From: an uncultured Ignavibacteria bacterium
GTDB lineage: Bacteria; Bacteroidota; Ignavibacteria; Tepidaquicellales; OLB5
DNA: 64,000 nucleotides
Assembly (NCBI GenBank): GCA_937873695.1
Contig: CALMYL010000030.1
Location: forward strand, 10,171-74,170
Direction: 5' to 3'
Shown here: piece by piece, positions 43,789 through 53,501 of the stretch
Layout: each line of letters begins with the position of its first letter
How positions within the stretch are numbered: the first letter of the stretch is position 1
Made by a program: the position numbers and the translations under genes
Notes under the pieces: generated by a model
The model's database searches: none
The model's input: the letters and a program-made list of their open reading frames with translations, nothing else
Told to the model about the DNA's origin: nothing

Positions 43789-46005
43789 CTACTTTATCGT
43801 TAAGTTTGCGTATTTCAAAATAATATTCTTCACTCCAACCTTATCGAAATGGATTGATGCTTTCTTCGCATCTCCCCTGCCGGTAACATCTATGACTTTA
43901 CCTTTACCGAAATTATTATGAAAAACCACACTTCCCTTTTTTACTCCAAGATCCTCACGGAAGATATCATTCAATACATCATCGCTTGCCTTATTGTTAT
44001 AGAATTCATACTTAATGCTGCTGCCCTCTTCCCTGGTTGAGCGGCTTTTATGCTTCGTCATCACGGAGCTTTTCTGGTAATCAAGCTTTGCGGTATCAAT
44101 TTCATTTATGAAGCGCGATTTCATCTGGTAACTTACGTTACCAAATCGGTAACGCTGCAGCGCATAGGTCATATACAGCTTTTGCATAGCGCGCGTTATG
44201 GCTACATAGAAGAGCCTCCGCTCTTCTTCCATTTCTTCCTGCTCCATCATTGAGCTCGATAGCGGAAATATCCCGTCTTCGAGTCCCGTGATAAATACTA
44301 CAGGGAATTCAAGTCCCTTGCTTGAATGGGTCGTCATTAAAGTCACAGCGTTTTTATCGGTATCATACTTATCAATATCAGTAACCAGGCTCACTTCCTG
44401 AAGGAAACCTTCAAGAGTAGCGCCTTCGGTATTATCGGTGTATTCAGAAATTCCCGAGAGCAGTTCCTGCACGTTATACATTCTATCCATCGATTCATCA
44501 GTACCATCATTCCTCAATTCACGCAGTATGCCTATTTCATCGACAATGCTTCTGGCAAGCTCACTAGGGGAGAGTCCCTCTTTAACCTCGTTATATTTTT
44601 TGATTATTTCAGCAACACGGATAAGCTCATTTTCGATCTTTGTTCTGCGTTTTGCTTTATCGCCTTCTGCATTTTTATCTTCCAGCATTGCAAGCAGCAC
44701 TTCTGCAATTGATTTGGCAATTTCCTTCGCCATGGCTTTCAGTTTCTCAACTGTCTGGTCGCCAATGCCATCGCGAAGCTTAAGTATGCGTGTCATTGCT
44801 TCATCATCTTTGGGATTCACAAGTACCTTCAGGTAAGCAAGTACATCTTTAATTTCCCTGCGCTGGTAGAATTTAACTCCGCCTACAATTATATAGGGTA
44901 TTGAGTTGGTCCTTAACGCATCTTCAATTACTCTTGACTGTGCATTGGTCCTGTAAAGAATTACAAAATCCTTAAAGTTCAGCTTCCTGTGCTGAATTTC
45001 GTGCAGTATCCATTTCACCACCATCAGTCCTTCATCACGGTCGCTGAAAACTTCCGCAAGTGTGACTTTATCCCCATCATGATTATCGGTAAACAGGGTT
45101 TTTTTGATCTGGCGCTTATTATTTTTTATTACTTCATCTGCCAGCGAAAGTATGCTTTTTGTGGAGCGGTAATTCTGTTCGAGCTTAAAAACATTGCAGC
45201 CGTCAAAATCTGATTCAAACTTGAGGATATTTTCAATTTCGGCTCCGCGCCAGCGGTAAATGCTTTGCGCATCATCGCCAACTACCGATACATTCCCGTG
45301 ACCCTGTGCAAGCATTTTAACAATTTCATACTGCGCGCGGTTGGTATCCTGGTATTCATCTACAAGTATGAACTTAAAGCGGTGCTGGTACTTTGCAAGT
45401 ACATCCGGATTTGCGCGGAAGAGTATAATTGGATTTATCAAGAGATCATCAAAATCCATAGCGTTATTTTTTATGAGCCTGTTCTGGTACTCTTTGTACA
45501 CCGGAACGGCAATCCGCTCAAACGGATTTGTAACATTCCCAATATCATCGGGCAGCACGAGTTTATTTTTTAATCCTTTAATATACCCATTTACGGTTTT
45601 GGGTTTGGGGTTATCGGTTGAAAATCCCAGTTCCTTCATGCACGCTTCCACCACTTTTTCGGAGTCATCGTCATCATATATTGTGAAGTTACGGTCAAAC
45701 CCAATATGCTGCGCTTCGATCCTCAGTATTTTGGCAAAAACGGAGTGAAATGTTCCCATCCACAGGTTTTCTGCTGTTGCCCCTGCAAGTTTATGGATAC
45801 GCTGCTTCATTTCGTTGGCAGCTTTGTTTGTGAAGGTTAGTGCCAGCATTTCAAAAGGATTGATGCCTGATTCAATTAAATGCGCTATTTTATAAGTTAA
45901 AACCCTTGTTTTCCCGCTTCCGGCGCCTGCAACTATCATGCACGGGCCTTCTATCTGTTCAACGGCTTTCCTTTGCTCTTCATTGAGCTCACTGGTTAAA
46001 TTCAA
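43789..46005 (-). CDS. pcrA: ATP-dependent DNA helicase, UvrD/PcrA/Rep family
   Basis: 738 aa with AGAGSGKTRVLT, LVDEYQDTN, VGDDAQSIYRWRGA and THSSKGLEF. Confidence 0.85.
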   Translation of the reverse strand: MNLTSELNEEQRKAVEQIEGPCMIVAGAGSGKTRVLTYKIAHLIESGINPFEMLALTFTNKAANEMKQRIHKLAGATAENLWMGTFHSVFAKILRIEAQHIGFDRNFTIYDDDDSEKVVEACMKELGFSTDNPKPKTVNGYIKGLKNKLVLPDDIGNVTNPFERIAVPVYKEYQNRLIKNNAMDFDDLLINPIILFRANPDVLAKYQHRFKFILVDEYQDTNRAQYEIVKMLAQGHGNVSVVGDDAQSIYRWRGAEIENILKFESDFDGCNVFKLEQNYRSTKSILSLADEVIKNNKRQIKKTLFTDNHDGDKVTLAEVFSDRDEGLMVVKWILHEIQHRKLNFKDFVILYRTNAQSRVIEDALRTNSIPYIIVGGVKFYQRREIKDVLAYLKVLVNPKDDEAMTRILKLRDGIGDQTVEKLKAMAKEIAKSIAEVLLAMLEDKNAEGDKAKRRTKIENELIRVAEIIKKYNEVKEGLSPSELARSIVDEIGILRELRNDGTDESMDRMYNVQELLSGISEYTDNTEGATLEGFLQEVSLVTDIDKYDTDKNAVTLMTTHSSKGLEFPVVFITGLEDGIFPLSSSMMEQEEMEEERRLFYVAITRAMQKLYMTYALQRYRFGNVSYQMKSRFINEIDTAKLDYQKSSVMTKHKSRSTREEGSSIKYEFYNNKASDDVLNDIFREDLGVKKGSVVFHNNFGKGKVIDVTGRGDAKKASIHFDKVGVKNIILKYANLTIK

Positions 46006-46310
46006 TTACTTTTCTTGATTTTTATGATTTAGACAGGAAATTTTACAAAGATAACTTTTATACGGTCGTAAATCAATTGAATACCAAAAATTGTATTTAT
46101 AAGCTTTTTTTGCATATAATTGAAACCTAAAAAATGACATATATCATAGAATAATATGAATATTATTGATAATTTTGAATTATGATTTTCAATTATTTAT
46201 GTCTTAATGAAAAGATAAAGTATAATTATGAAGAACAAAGATATGTTAACCCTGATATTACTTACTGAAAAAAATAACGAATTAACAAATACAAAGGAGT
46301 CCAACGCGTA

Positions 46311-49300
46311 ATGATCGATCTTGCACTTAAGCATGGCTTTAAATTCGAAGACCTGTTTGAATCTGCGAAGCTGAAGGAGCTTACTCAAAAATTTTACACC
46401 TATTATAACACTTCCAACCAGTCATCTTATGAAAGGTTTTCAAGATACCGTGATGTTAACGGAGAAGGCTATAATGAGCTTGACACATCAAATATAATCA
46501 TAGAATCCGCCAGATATCTTGATTCGTTCCTGGTGGACTTTTTCGGTATCAAGTTTGAAGCGAATGCATTAAAATATGATAATGAGACCGAGCGTGAAAT
46601 ACTAAAAGTAAGAAGTGATTTCATGATCAAGAAGGTCTTCAAAAAATTTAAGCCCGCCGATCTTGCTTCAATCCGTTTTCCTGACCTTAACTCAAAAGCT
46701 GAACTTATGAAGAACCAGCTCTTCCCTGAGTTACCGTGGAAGAGTGACGAAGAAAAAGCTACCGCATACATGATACGCACCCTAGATGATATGGAACAGC
46801 ATTTGCGGAATCACCTGGAAGTTATGCCTAATGGTTTTATTTTTGATACAAAATTATTCGAGCAGGCCAAGGAGTACTTCCACAAAACAACAACTATAAA
46901 CGGACTTAAAACATTTACCGATAATATTACACTCTCGGATGTAAAAAATCCAAACGGCACAGTTGAGCAGTTAAGAGTATATGAATTTCTGAAGAATGTC
47001 ATTGATATGATCCAGAAGTGGTGCTATGCCAGAATGGTTGATTCAGCGGAAAAACACAAAATATACGACTGGGCATTATTCCATCAGCCGATGAACCTGA
47101 ATTATAACGATCTTGTATATAATAAGGTTGAAACTGAAGGCATACCTGAAAAGATATTCGGAGAAGATGAAACATTAAGAAGACGCGACGGATTTAAACT
47201 GACTGACAGCAGGTACGATAACCGCAAGGTAATGGGTGAAGTTGAATACTGCGTTTTCTGCCATGAAAGAGGAAAAGACTCATGTTCAAAGGGTTTGCTT
47301 GATAAAGACGGCACCCCAAAAAAGAATCCCCTGGGGATTAAACTTGCAGGCTGCCCGCTTGATGAAAAAATATCCGAAATGCATACTTTGAAATATGAAG
47401 GCAGGTCTATTGGCGCCCTTGGGATCATAATGATAGACAACCCCATGTGCCCCGGTACCGGTCACCGTATTTGCAATGATTGTATGAAAGCATGCATTTA
47501 CCAGAAGCAGGATCCGGTAAATATACCGCAGATAGAAACAAGAACATTGACAGATGTATTAAATCTCCCCTGGGGATTTGAGATCTATTCACTGCTAACA
47601 AGATGGAATCCGATTAACGTTAAGAGACCGTACCAGCTGCCTTATAACGGCAAGAATGTGATGGTTGTAGGTATGGGACCTGCAGGATATACACTTTCTC
47701 AATACCTTTTGAATGAAGGTTTTGGAGTAGTAGGTGTTGATGGTTTAAAAATTGAACACGTTCACCCTGATATAACCGGAGGAAGAGATGAAGACGGGAA
47801 TTATATATCACCAAAGCCGGTATATACTTTCAAAGAAATTCAGGATGAGCTGGACAGGCGCATATTCCTCGGTTTTGGCGGTGTTTCGGAATACGGTATC
47901 ACAGTAAGGTGGGATAAGAACTTCCTGAAGGTTGAATACCTGACGCTGGCGCGCAGAAAGCATTTTAAAGTGTATGACGGGATAAGATTTGGCGGAACGA
48001 TAGAAATTGAAGACGCATGGAAACTTGGTATAGATCACATTGCTATAGCAACCGGAGCAGGCAAGCCTACAATTGTGAAGATCAAGAATAACCTTATCCG
48101 CGGAATCCGCAAAGCTTCTGATTTCCTTATGGGACTTCAGCTAACAGGCGCTGCTAAAAAAGACTCACTGGCGAACTTAATGTTACAGCTTCCGGCCGTA
48201 GTTATAGGCGGCGGCTTAACCGCTATTGATACTACCACAGAGGCTTTTGCATATTACCCCATACAGGTTGAAAAATTCCTTGACCGCTATGAAGGCTCGG
48301 TAGCTGAGTTTGGCGAAGAAAAAGTTATGAGCATGTACGATGAAGAGGAAAAAAGGATTGCAAAAACATTCCTTGAGCACGGTGCGGCGATTAGGGCAGA
48401 AAGAAAACGCGCCGCTGAAGCAGGCGAGGAACCGAATTTTGTACCGCTGGTAAGAAGCTGGGGCGGAGTAACATTGTGCTACAGGAAAACTGTAAATGAC
48501 TCACCCGCATACAGGCTGAACCATGAAGAAGTAATAAAATCACTTGAAGAAGGAATATATTACTGGGAAAAAATGAGCCCGGTCGAAGCAATTGCCAATG
48601 AATACGGCGCTGTTAAGGAAATGATATTCCGTAAACAGGGTAAAACAAATGAAGGAAAGTATATTGAGCTTGATGAAACAGTAACACTTCCTGCAAAAAC
48701 AGTTATTGTTGCCGCAGGTACCTCGCCTAATGTTATTTACGAGCGTGAGCATCCCGGAACATTTGTGCTGGATGAATGGAAACAATTCTTCCAGACATAT
48801 AAACTTGGACCCAAGGGTGAACTCATCAAAACTGAAAAAGGAGAAACCGGATTTTTCACTTCATACACCAAAGACAGGAAATATGTTACGGTATACGGAG
48901 ATAATCACCCGGCATATGCAGGCAACGTTGTTAAAGCAATGGCTTCCGCAAAAGACGGGTATAAAGAACTGCTCAAAGTATTCCCGGGTGTAATTAAAGA
49001 AGAGCAGCCAAAAGAAAAAGAAGAAATATTTACTGAGCTTGTTAAGAAACTCGATAGTGAATTCATTGCAGTAGTACAGGAAATAAATATTTTAACACCA
49101 ACAATTATTGAAGTGGTATTAAAAGCTCCTCTGCAGGCAAAAAAATTCCATCCCGGACAGTTTTACAGGCTGCAGAATTATGAAACCACAGCCCCTGAAA
49201 TTGACGGCTCTAGAATGATGATGGAAGGCTTGGCTTTAACCGGAGCATGGGTTGATAAGGAAAAAGGATTACTGAGCCTTATTATACTCGAAATGTGGGG

Positions 49301-50054
49301 AAGCTCAAGGCTGTGCCGCCATCTTAAAAAAGGTGAGCGTGTTGTAGTGATGGGTCCCACGGGCGAGCCGACTGAAATACCGACCGGTGAAACCGTTCTG
49401 CTTGCAGGCGGCGGATTAGGTAATGCTGTGCTCTTTTCGGTAGCAAAAGCATTAAAAGATGCCGGTAATAAAGTGGTCTATTTTGCGGGGTACAGAAACA
49501 CAAGCGATGTATTCAAGCGTGATGAAGTTGAAGAAGGCACGGATATGGTTGTATGGTCAAATGATTTCGGTGATACTATCCAGCCGCGCAGGCCGCAGGA
49601 TAGAGCGATAACCGCTAACATTGTACAGGCTATGATAGCGTATGCTGAAGGCAAGCTTGAACCGAATCCGGGTGATAAACCTTTGTATGACCTGAAACAG
49701 ATAAACAGGATAATTGCCATAGGCAGTGACAGAATGATGAAAGCTGTGCAGGAAGCAAGGTATGGATTACTTAAGCCTTATATAAATCCGGTACACACAG
49801 CCATTGCAAGTATAAACTCGCCTATGCAGTGCATGATGAAGGAAGTTTGCGCGCAGTGCCTGCAGAGACATGTTGACCCTGAAACAGGTAAAGAATCATT
49901 TGTATTCACCTGCTTTAACCAGGATCAGCACATGGATAAGGTTGATTTCAATAATCTGAATACACGCTTAAAGAATAACAGCGTGCTTGAGAAATTAACC
50001 AAGTTCTGGCTAGATCATCTGTTCGAAAAAGCAGGCAATGATTTTACAGTGTAA
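46311..50054 (+). CDS. Large fused oxidoreductase: unknown N-terminal domain, Cys-rich Fe-S region, GltD/NfnB-like FAD/NAD(P) domain and PyrK/NfnA-like FNR domain with a 2Fe-2S motif
   Basis: 1247 aa with CVFCHERGKDSC...GCP, CPGTGHRICNDCMKAC, VVGMGPAGYT, VIGGGLTAID, FHPGQFYRL, LAGGGLGNA and CMMKEVCAQC...C. Confidence 0.75.
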   Translation: MIDLALKHGFKFEDLFESAKLKELTQKFYTYYNTSNQSSYERFSRYRDVNGEGYNELDTSNIIIESARYLDSFLVDFFGIKFEANALKYDNETEREILKVRSDFMIKKVFKKFKPADLASIRFPDLNSKAELMKNQLFPELPWKSDEEKATAYMIRTLDDMEQHLRNHLEVMPNGFIFDTKLFEQAKEYFHKTTTINGLKTFTDNITLSDVKNPNGTVEQLRVYEFLKNVIDMIQKWCYARMVDSAEKHKIYDWALFHQPMNLNYNDLVYNKVETEGIPEKIFGEDETLRRRDGFKLTDSRYDNRKVMGEVEYCVFCHERGKDSCSKGLLDKDGTPKKNPLGIKLAGCPLDEKISEMHTLKYEGRSIGALGIIMIDNPMCPGTGHRICNDCMKACIYQKQDPVNIPQIETRTLTDVLNLPWGFEIYSLLTRWNPINVKRPYQLPYNGKNVMVVGMGPAGYTLSQYLLNEGFGVVGVDGLKIEHVHPDITGGRDEDGNYISPKPVYTFKEIQDELDRRIFLGFGGVSEYGITVRWDKNFLKVEYLTLARRKHFKVYDGIRFGGTIEIEDAWKLGIDHIAIATGAGKPTIVKIKNNLIRGIRKASDFLMGLQLTGAAKKDSLANLMLQLPAVVIGGGLTAIDTTTEAFAYYPIQVEKFLDRYEGSVAEFGEEKVMSMYDEEEKRIAKTFLEHGAAIRAERKRAAEAGEEPNFVPLVRSWGGVTLCYRKTVNDSPAYRLNHEEVIKSLEEGIYYWEKMSPVEAIANEYGAVKEMIFRKQGKTNEGKYIELDETVTLPAKTVIVAAGTSPNVIYEREHPGTFVLDEWKQFFQTYKLGPKGELIKTEKGETGFFTSYTKDRKYVTVYGDNHPAYAGNVVKAMASAKDGYKELLKVFPGVIKEEQPKEKEEIFTELVKKLDSEFIAVVQEINILTPTIIEVVLKAPLQAKKFHPGQFYRLQNYETTAPEIDGSRMMMEGLALTGAWVDKEKGLLSLIILEMWGSSRLCRHLKKGERVVVMGPTGEPTEIPTGETVLLAGGGLGNAVLFSVAKALKDAGNKVVYFAGYRNTSDVFKRDEVEEGTDMVVWSNDFGDTIQPRRPQDRAITANIVQAMIAYAEGKLEPNPGDKPLYDLKQINRIIAIGSDRMMKAVQEARYGLLKPYINPVHTAIASINSPMQCMMKEVCAQCLQRHVDPETGKESFVFTCFNQDQHMDKVDFNNLNTRLKNNSVLEKLTKFWLDHLFEKAGNDFTV

Positions 50055-50070
50055 CAAAGTATAACTATAA

Positions 50071-50115
50071 TTTGTCATTCCTAGTTTACCCCTTTGGGGC
50101 GAAAGCAGGAATCTT
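50071..50115. repeat. 45-nt element, left copy of a perfect inverted repeat
   Basis: TTTGTCATTCCTAGTTTACCCCTTTGGGGCGAAAGCAGGAATCTT. Its exact reverse complement is at 52499-52543. Confidence 0.9.
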
Positions 50116-50149
50116 AAAAGCCCGGCGCAAGCCGGGCTTATGTTTTATC
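50116..50149 (+). terminator. Intrinsic terminator of the oxidoreductase gene
   Basis: GCCCGGC-GCAA-GCCGGGC followed by TTATGTTTT. Confidence 0.7.
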
Positions 50150-50176
50150 TCAGAGTCCCTTTCAGGAGACTCTGAG
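50149..50176. repeat. Hairpin CTCAGAGTCC-(loop)-GGAGACTCTGAG, paralogue of 19493-19524
   Basis: Read directly. Confidence 0.75.
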
Positions 50177-50243
50177 AAGACTGTTGAAGCCTTTTTTAGT
50201 TTCCTCTATTTCCCTATTTTTGTAACCGAAAGGGTCTTGAACA

Positions 50244-50678
50244 ATGGATGCAGGTGCAATTATCATGATACTTAGCTTCGGGATACCGATACTTATTGTT
50301 ATTGGTATTATTTGGTGGATAAAACGTGATTTTACCAGTCTGAGTAAATGGGCACAGGAATCAAAACGCCGGCAGGCGCAGGCAAAGCCTGCGAAGGCTA
50401 AAATAATTTCCGCATCACAGGGAATCCAGGGCGGCGAAATTAGAAAAATGATATTCCTTTCATTTGAAATTAATGACGGGTTTACCGCTCCCTACACTGC
50501 CGCAGCGGGCTGGTTTGTTGATACACTGCATCTGAGTAAAATTCAGGAAGGCTCTGTGATAGATGTGAAAATTGATATTGATGATCCTAATAAAATATAT
50601 CCCGCGGGTTCGTGGGCAGTATATACAGAGGGCTATTCAAGTGATCTGAGTGTCAATAAGCTGAGCGGGAATGCATGA
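50244..50678 (+). CDS. Hypothetical membrane-anchored protein
   Basis: 144 aa with an N-terminal TM helix (IIMILSFGIPILIVIGIIWWI) and a soluble C-terminal domain. Confidence 0.6.
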   Translation: MDAGAIIMILSFGIPILIVIGIIWWIKRDFTSLSKWAQESKRRQAQAKPAKAKIISASQGIQGGEIRKMIFLSFEINDGFTAPYTAAAGWFVDTLHLSKIQEGSVIDVKIDIDDPNKIYPAGSWAVYTEGYSSDLSVNKLSGNA

Positions 50679-50688
50679 TAAAAAAATG

Positions 50689-50713
50689 AGACGTCCCACC
50701 GGGACGTCTCTAC
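50689..50713. repeat. 25-nt palindromic element AGACGTCCCACCGGGACGTCTCTAC, copy 1; probable bidirectional terminator
   Basis: Stem GAGACGTCCC/GGGACGTCTC lying between convergent gene ends. An identical 25-mer is at 52278-52302. Confidence 0.85.
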
Positions 50714-50722
50714 AGTTTATTA

Positions 50723-52099
50723 TCACAGCCTCTCAAACTTGGCGGTAAAGTGTCTTAAGAACTCTGGTTCTTCGACGATCTTAATGCCGCGAACTTTATC
50801 TTTTCCTTCGAACATTTTTTCGAATACTTCGATAACGTATTCAATGTGGCTCTGCGTGTAAACGCGGCGCGGTATCGCAAGTCTCACCAGTTCATTCGGT
50901 GCGGGAATAAGTTTACCATCTGAATCATACTTACCGAACATAACCGAGCCTATTTCAACAGAGCGTATGCCGCCTTTTACATAAAGCTCACAAACCATTG
51001 CCTGCCCGGGGTATTCGTTTACCGGAATATGCGGATAAAATGCCGCTGCATCTAAATATACAGCGTGCCCGCCGATCGGATAAATTAACGGCACACCCAT
51101 TTTATATAATTTTTCGCCAAGGTAAGCTGTGCTGCGTATTCTGTACTCCAGGTATGCAGGTTCAAACACTTCCTGCAAACCTACTGCAATTGCTTCCATG
51201 CTGCGGCCGGAAAGTCCCCCGTAAGTTGCAAATCCTTCGGTGATAATGAGAAGGTTTGTGCATTCATCAGCAAGCTTTTTGTCTTTCAATGCAAGGAAGC
51301 CGCCCATGTTTACAAGGCCGTCTTTCTTTAAGCTCATAACACCGCCATCTGCCAGTGCGAACATCTCCTGTGCGATCTGCTTATATGTTTTGTTCTCAAA
51401 ACCCGCTTCGCGGTGTTTTATGTAATAAGAGTTTTCGGCAATGCGGCAGCAATCAATAAAATAATTTACACCGTACTTCCTGCAGACCTTTTGCACTTCA
51501 ACGGCATTCGCCATGCTGACAGGCTGTCCGCCGCCGCTGTTATTGGTAACAGTTAAGATAACACCGCCAATATTAGCAGCGCCGTGTTTTTTGATAAGCT
51601 CTTCAAGAGCTTTTGTATCCATGTTGCCCTTAAAAGGTTTATCAAGCATAGGGTGTTTTGCGTCTTCTACAGGAATATCAATTGCTTCTGCCCCGCTGAA
51701 TTCTATATTTGCCCGTGTAGTATCAAAATGAGTATTGCTGATAAATACTTTTCCTTTGCCGCCCAAGTGGCTGTACAGAATTCTTTCGGCTGCCCTGCCC
51801 TGATGTGTCGGCAGAATATGTTCATACCCTGTGAGGTCCTTTATTACTTTTTCCATGCGAAGCCAGCTTCTTGAGCCTGCATAGGCTTCATCGCCATCCA
51901 TCATGGCTGCCCATTGTTTAGAGCTCATTGCGGAGGTTCCGCTATCTGTCAGGAAATCTATAAGCACATGCTCTGATTTCAGCATAAAAGGATTGTAATG
52001 CGCCTCGTGCAGGTATTTTACGCGTTCTTCTTCTGTGGTAACGCTAAGCGGTTCAACTTCTTTTATCTTAAAGGGTTCTATTATTGTTCTAAAGCTCAT
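50723..52099 (-). CDS. Beta-eliminating lyase: tryptophanase / tyrosine phenol-lyase family
   Basis: 458 aa with IEPFKIK, DFLTDSGTSAMSSKQWAAMMDGDEAYAGS, the PLP-lysine region MSLKKDGLVNMGGF and LRHFTAKF. It has both TPL-like and TnaA-like features, so substrate is not assigned. Confidence 0.85.
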   Translation of the reverse strand: MSFRTIIEPFKIKEVEPLSVTTEEERVKYLHEAHYNPFMLKSEHVLIDFLTDSGTSAMSSKQWAAMMDGDEAYAGSRSWLRMEKVIKDLTGYEHILPTHQGRAAERILYSHLGGKGKVFISNTHFDTTRANIEFSGAEAIDIPVEDAKHPMLDKPFKGNMDTKALEELIKKHGAANIGGVILTVTNNSGGGQPVSMANAVEVQKVCRKYGVNYFIDCCRIAENSYYIKHREAGFENKTYKQIAQEMFALADGGVMSLKKDGLVNMGGFLALKDKKLADECTNLLIITEGFATYGGLSGRSMEAIAVGLQEVFEPAYLEYRIRSTAYLGEKLYKMGVPLIYPIGGHAVYLDAAAFYPHIPVNEYPGQAMVCELYVKGGIRSVEIGSVMFGKYDSDGKLIPAPNELVRLAIPRRVYTQSHIEYVIEVFEKMFEGKDKVRGIKIVEEPEFLRHFTAKFERL

Positions 52100-52129
52100 T
52101 TTTTCTCCTGTTTGGAAAATTAATATTCA

Positions 52130-52157
52130 CTATTACAAAATTATTCAAAAATTTCAA
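52130..52157 (-). promoter_or_regulatory. Promoter candidate for the lyase gene (TTGAAA-16 nt-TAATAG on the minus strand)
   Basis: Counted directly. An AGGAGA Shine-Dalgarno sequence precedes the ATG at 52099. Confidence 0.4.
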
Positions 52158-52277
52158 CTTAAATTATGATTTATGTCATAAAGGATATTGCATTTATTGT
52201 ATGGAATTGAGAATAACTGAAAAATAAGTGTGGCGAGTATCCAAATGGATTTCCCAAGTTTGTCTGCATCAAAAGAA

Positions 52278-52302
52278 AGACGTCCCACCGGGACGTCTCT
52301 AC
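52278..52302. repeat. 25-nt palindromic element, copy 2
   Basis: Identical to 50689-50713. Confidence 0.85.
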
Positions 52303-52330
52303 GATGGATCTCTGTGCAATCTATGAGTTG

Positions 52331-52350
52331 CCACGACCTTCAGGTCGTGG
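52331..52350. repeat. Hairpin CCACGACC-TTCA-GGTCGTGG, paralogue of 770-789
   Basis: Read directly. Confidence 0.7.
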
Positions 52351-52498
52351 ATGAAGAAACAAAATATTACCGGCTTTAGCCGCAATTAAAGAGTTGAAAC
52401 TAATGTGACAGGTCTGAAAAACTACTTTGGGCCAACTGCAACAAAGAAGAGGCTGTTTCATGAGTCACAATTAGGAAAGATTTTATTCAATATTTTTC

Positions 52499-52543
52499 AA
52501 GATTCCTGCTTTCGCCCCAAAGGGGTAAACTAGGAATGACAAA
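52499..52543. repeat. 45-nt element, right (inverted) copy
   Basis: Exact reverse complement of 50071-50115. Confidence 0.9.
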
Positions 52544-52672
52544 AACTTTTGAGTCAGCCTGCTGCAGTGGATCAATGTTCTGTTAATGAGATTGCTTCCT
52601 TCCTCCCTTTCCACGGGTTTAAGGCGCGGCGCCGCTTCGCTCCCCGCAAAGGAACATTTTTGCCAGGATTTT

Positions 52673-53323
52673 CTATAGTACTCCGGCTTTTTTCATCAAT
52701 TCAACGCTAATTTCGTGGCCTCCATCAAAAATAAATGACTTAGGCTGTATGCCGGCATTTTTTAGTAATTCAATTTGTGATTCAGGGAAATCACTTTTGT
52801 AGTAGGGATCATTAGATGCAAATACCTGGTGAATTTCTGTTTTTATAAAATCCGGATAATCGGCATAATTTAGATCATGCGCCAGGCTTCCACACCAGTA
52901 TATGGCTTTATTCACTCTTGCATTGCCCAATGTTAACCAGCGTGAAAGAGTCGCTGCGCCTTGTGAGAATCCGAGCGCGTTAATTTTTAGCTTATTTAAT
53001 TTCGCTTTGTGTTCAATTTCATCAAAGAAAAGTCTATCGAGATAGTTTACGTAATCTTTGATATCACTTTCGCGGTCTTCTTTGGTCATCCATGATGCAC
53101 CAACATCCCCGTAATCGCCTTTGATATACAGCCTCATCAATCCTTCGGGCGCATAGATCACACTTCCTGCGTTTGCCAGGTCTTCGAATTGCATTATAAA
53201 TTTTCCGGCAAGCTGGCGATGGCCGTGCAGAACTATCCAGATATCTTTTGTTGTATCTGTAAGTTCACCAAGTGTAAAATACCTTGCTGTTCTTGTTACG
53301 GGTATGTGATGTTCTGTAAGCAT
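52673..53323 (-). CDS. Alpha/beta hydrolase (phospholipase/carboxylesterase-like)
   Basis: 216 aa with WIVLHGHRQ and the nucleophile elbow GFSQGAA. Confidence 0.75.
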   Translation of the reverse strand: MLTEHHIPVTRTARYFTLGELTDTTKDIWIVLHGHRQLAGKFIMQFEDLANAGSVIYAPEGLMRLYIKGDYGDVGASWMTKEDRESDIKDYVNYLDRLFFDEIEHKAKLNKLKINALGFSQGAATLSRWLTLGNARVNKAIYWCGSLAHDLNYADYPDFIKTEIHQVFASNDPYYKSDFPESQIELLKNAGIQPKSFIFDGGHEISVELMKKAGVL

Positions 53324-53501
53324 AGAAGTTTAATTACGGCAATGAATCGCCGCAATATTTGTTTTTCAGGACCGGGTCCTTGTTTCAGTCCTTTCTGAAA
53401 AACGCGACAGTAAACATAAATGCCGCGTATAAAAGGAATAAAAGAAAAACTGCCGCAAGTCCGTATATTATATATGTAAACATTTTTCTTTTTCTGCTGC
53501 T

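Noticed and set aside
52171-52269. A 32-codon ORF (MQTNLGNPFGYSPHLFFSYSQFHTINAISFMT) upstream of the lyase gene, considered as a possible TnaC-like leader peptide
   Set aside because: It has no Trp codon, which is the key feature of TnaC-type sensing, and no Shine-Dalgarno sequence. It lies upstream of the best promoter candidate (52130-52157). It also overlaps the repeat-rich segment, so it is probably fortuitous.
50071-52543. Reading the inverted-repeat-bracketed lyase cassette as a classical IS element or composite transposon
   Set aside because: The window has no transposase or integrase ORF in any frame. No target-site duplication flanks the 45-bp arms. The 45-mer is itself an imperfect hairpin, like the other REP-type repeats here. 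I keep it as a finding but not as a called mobile element.
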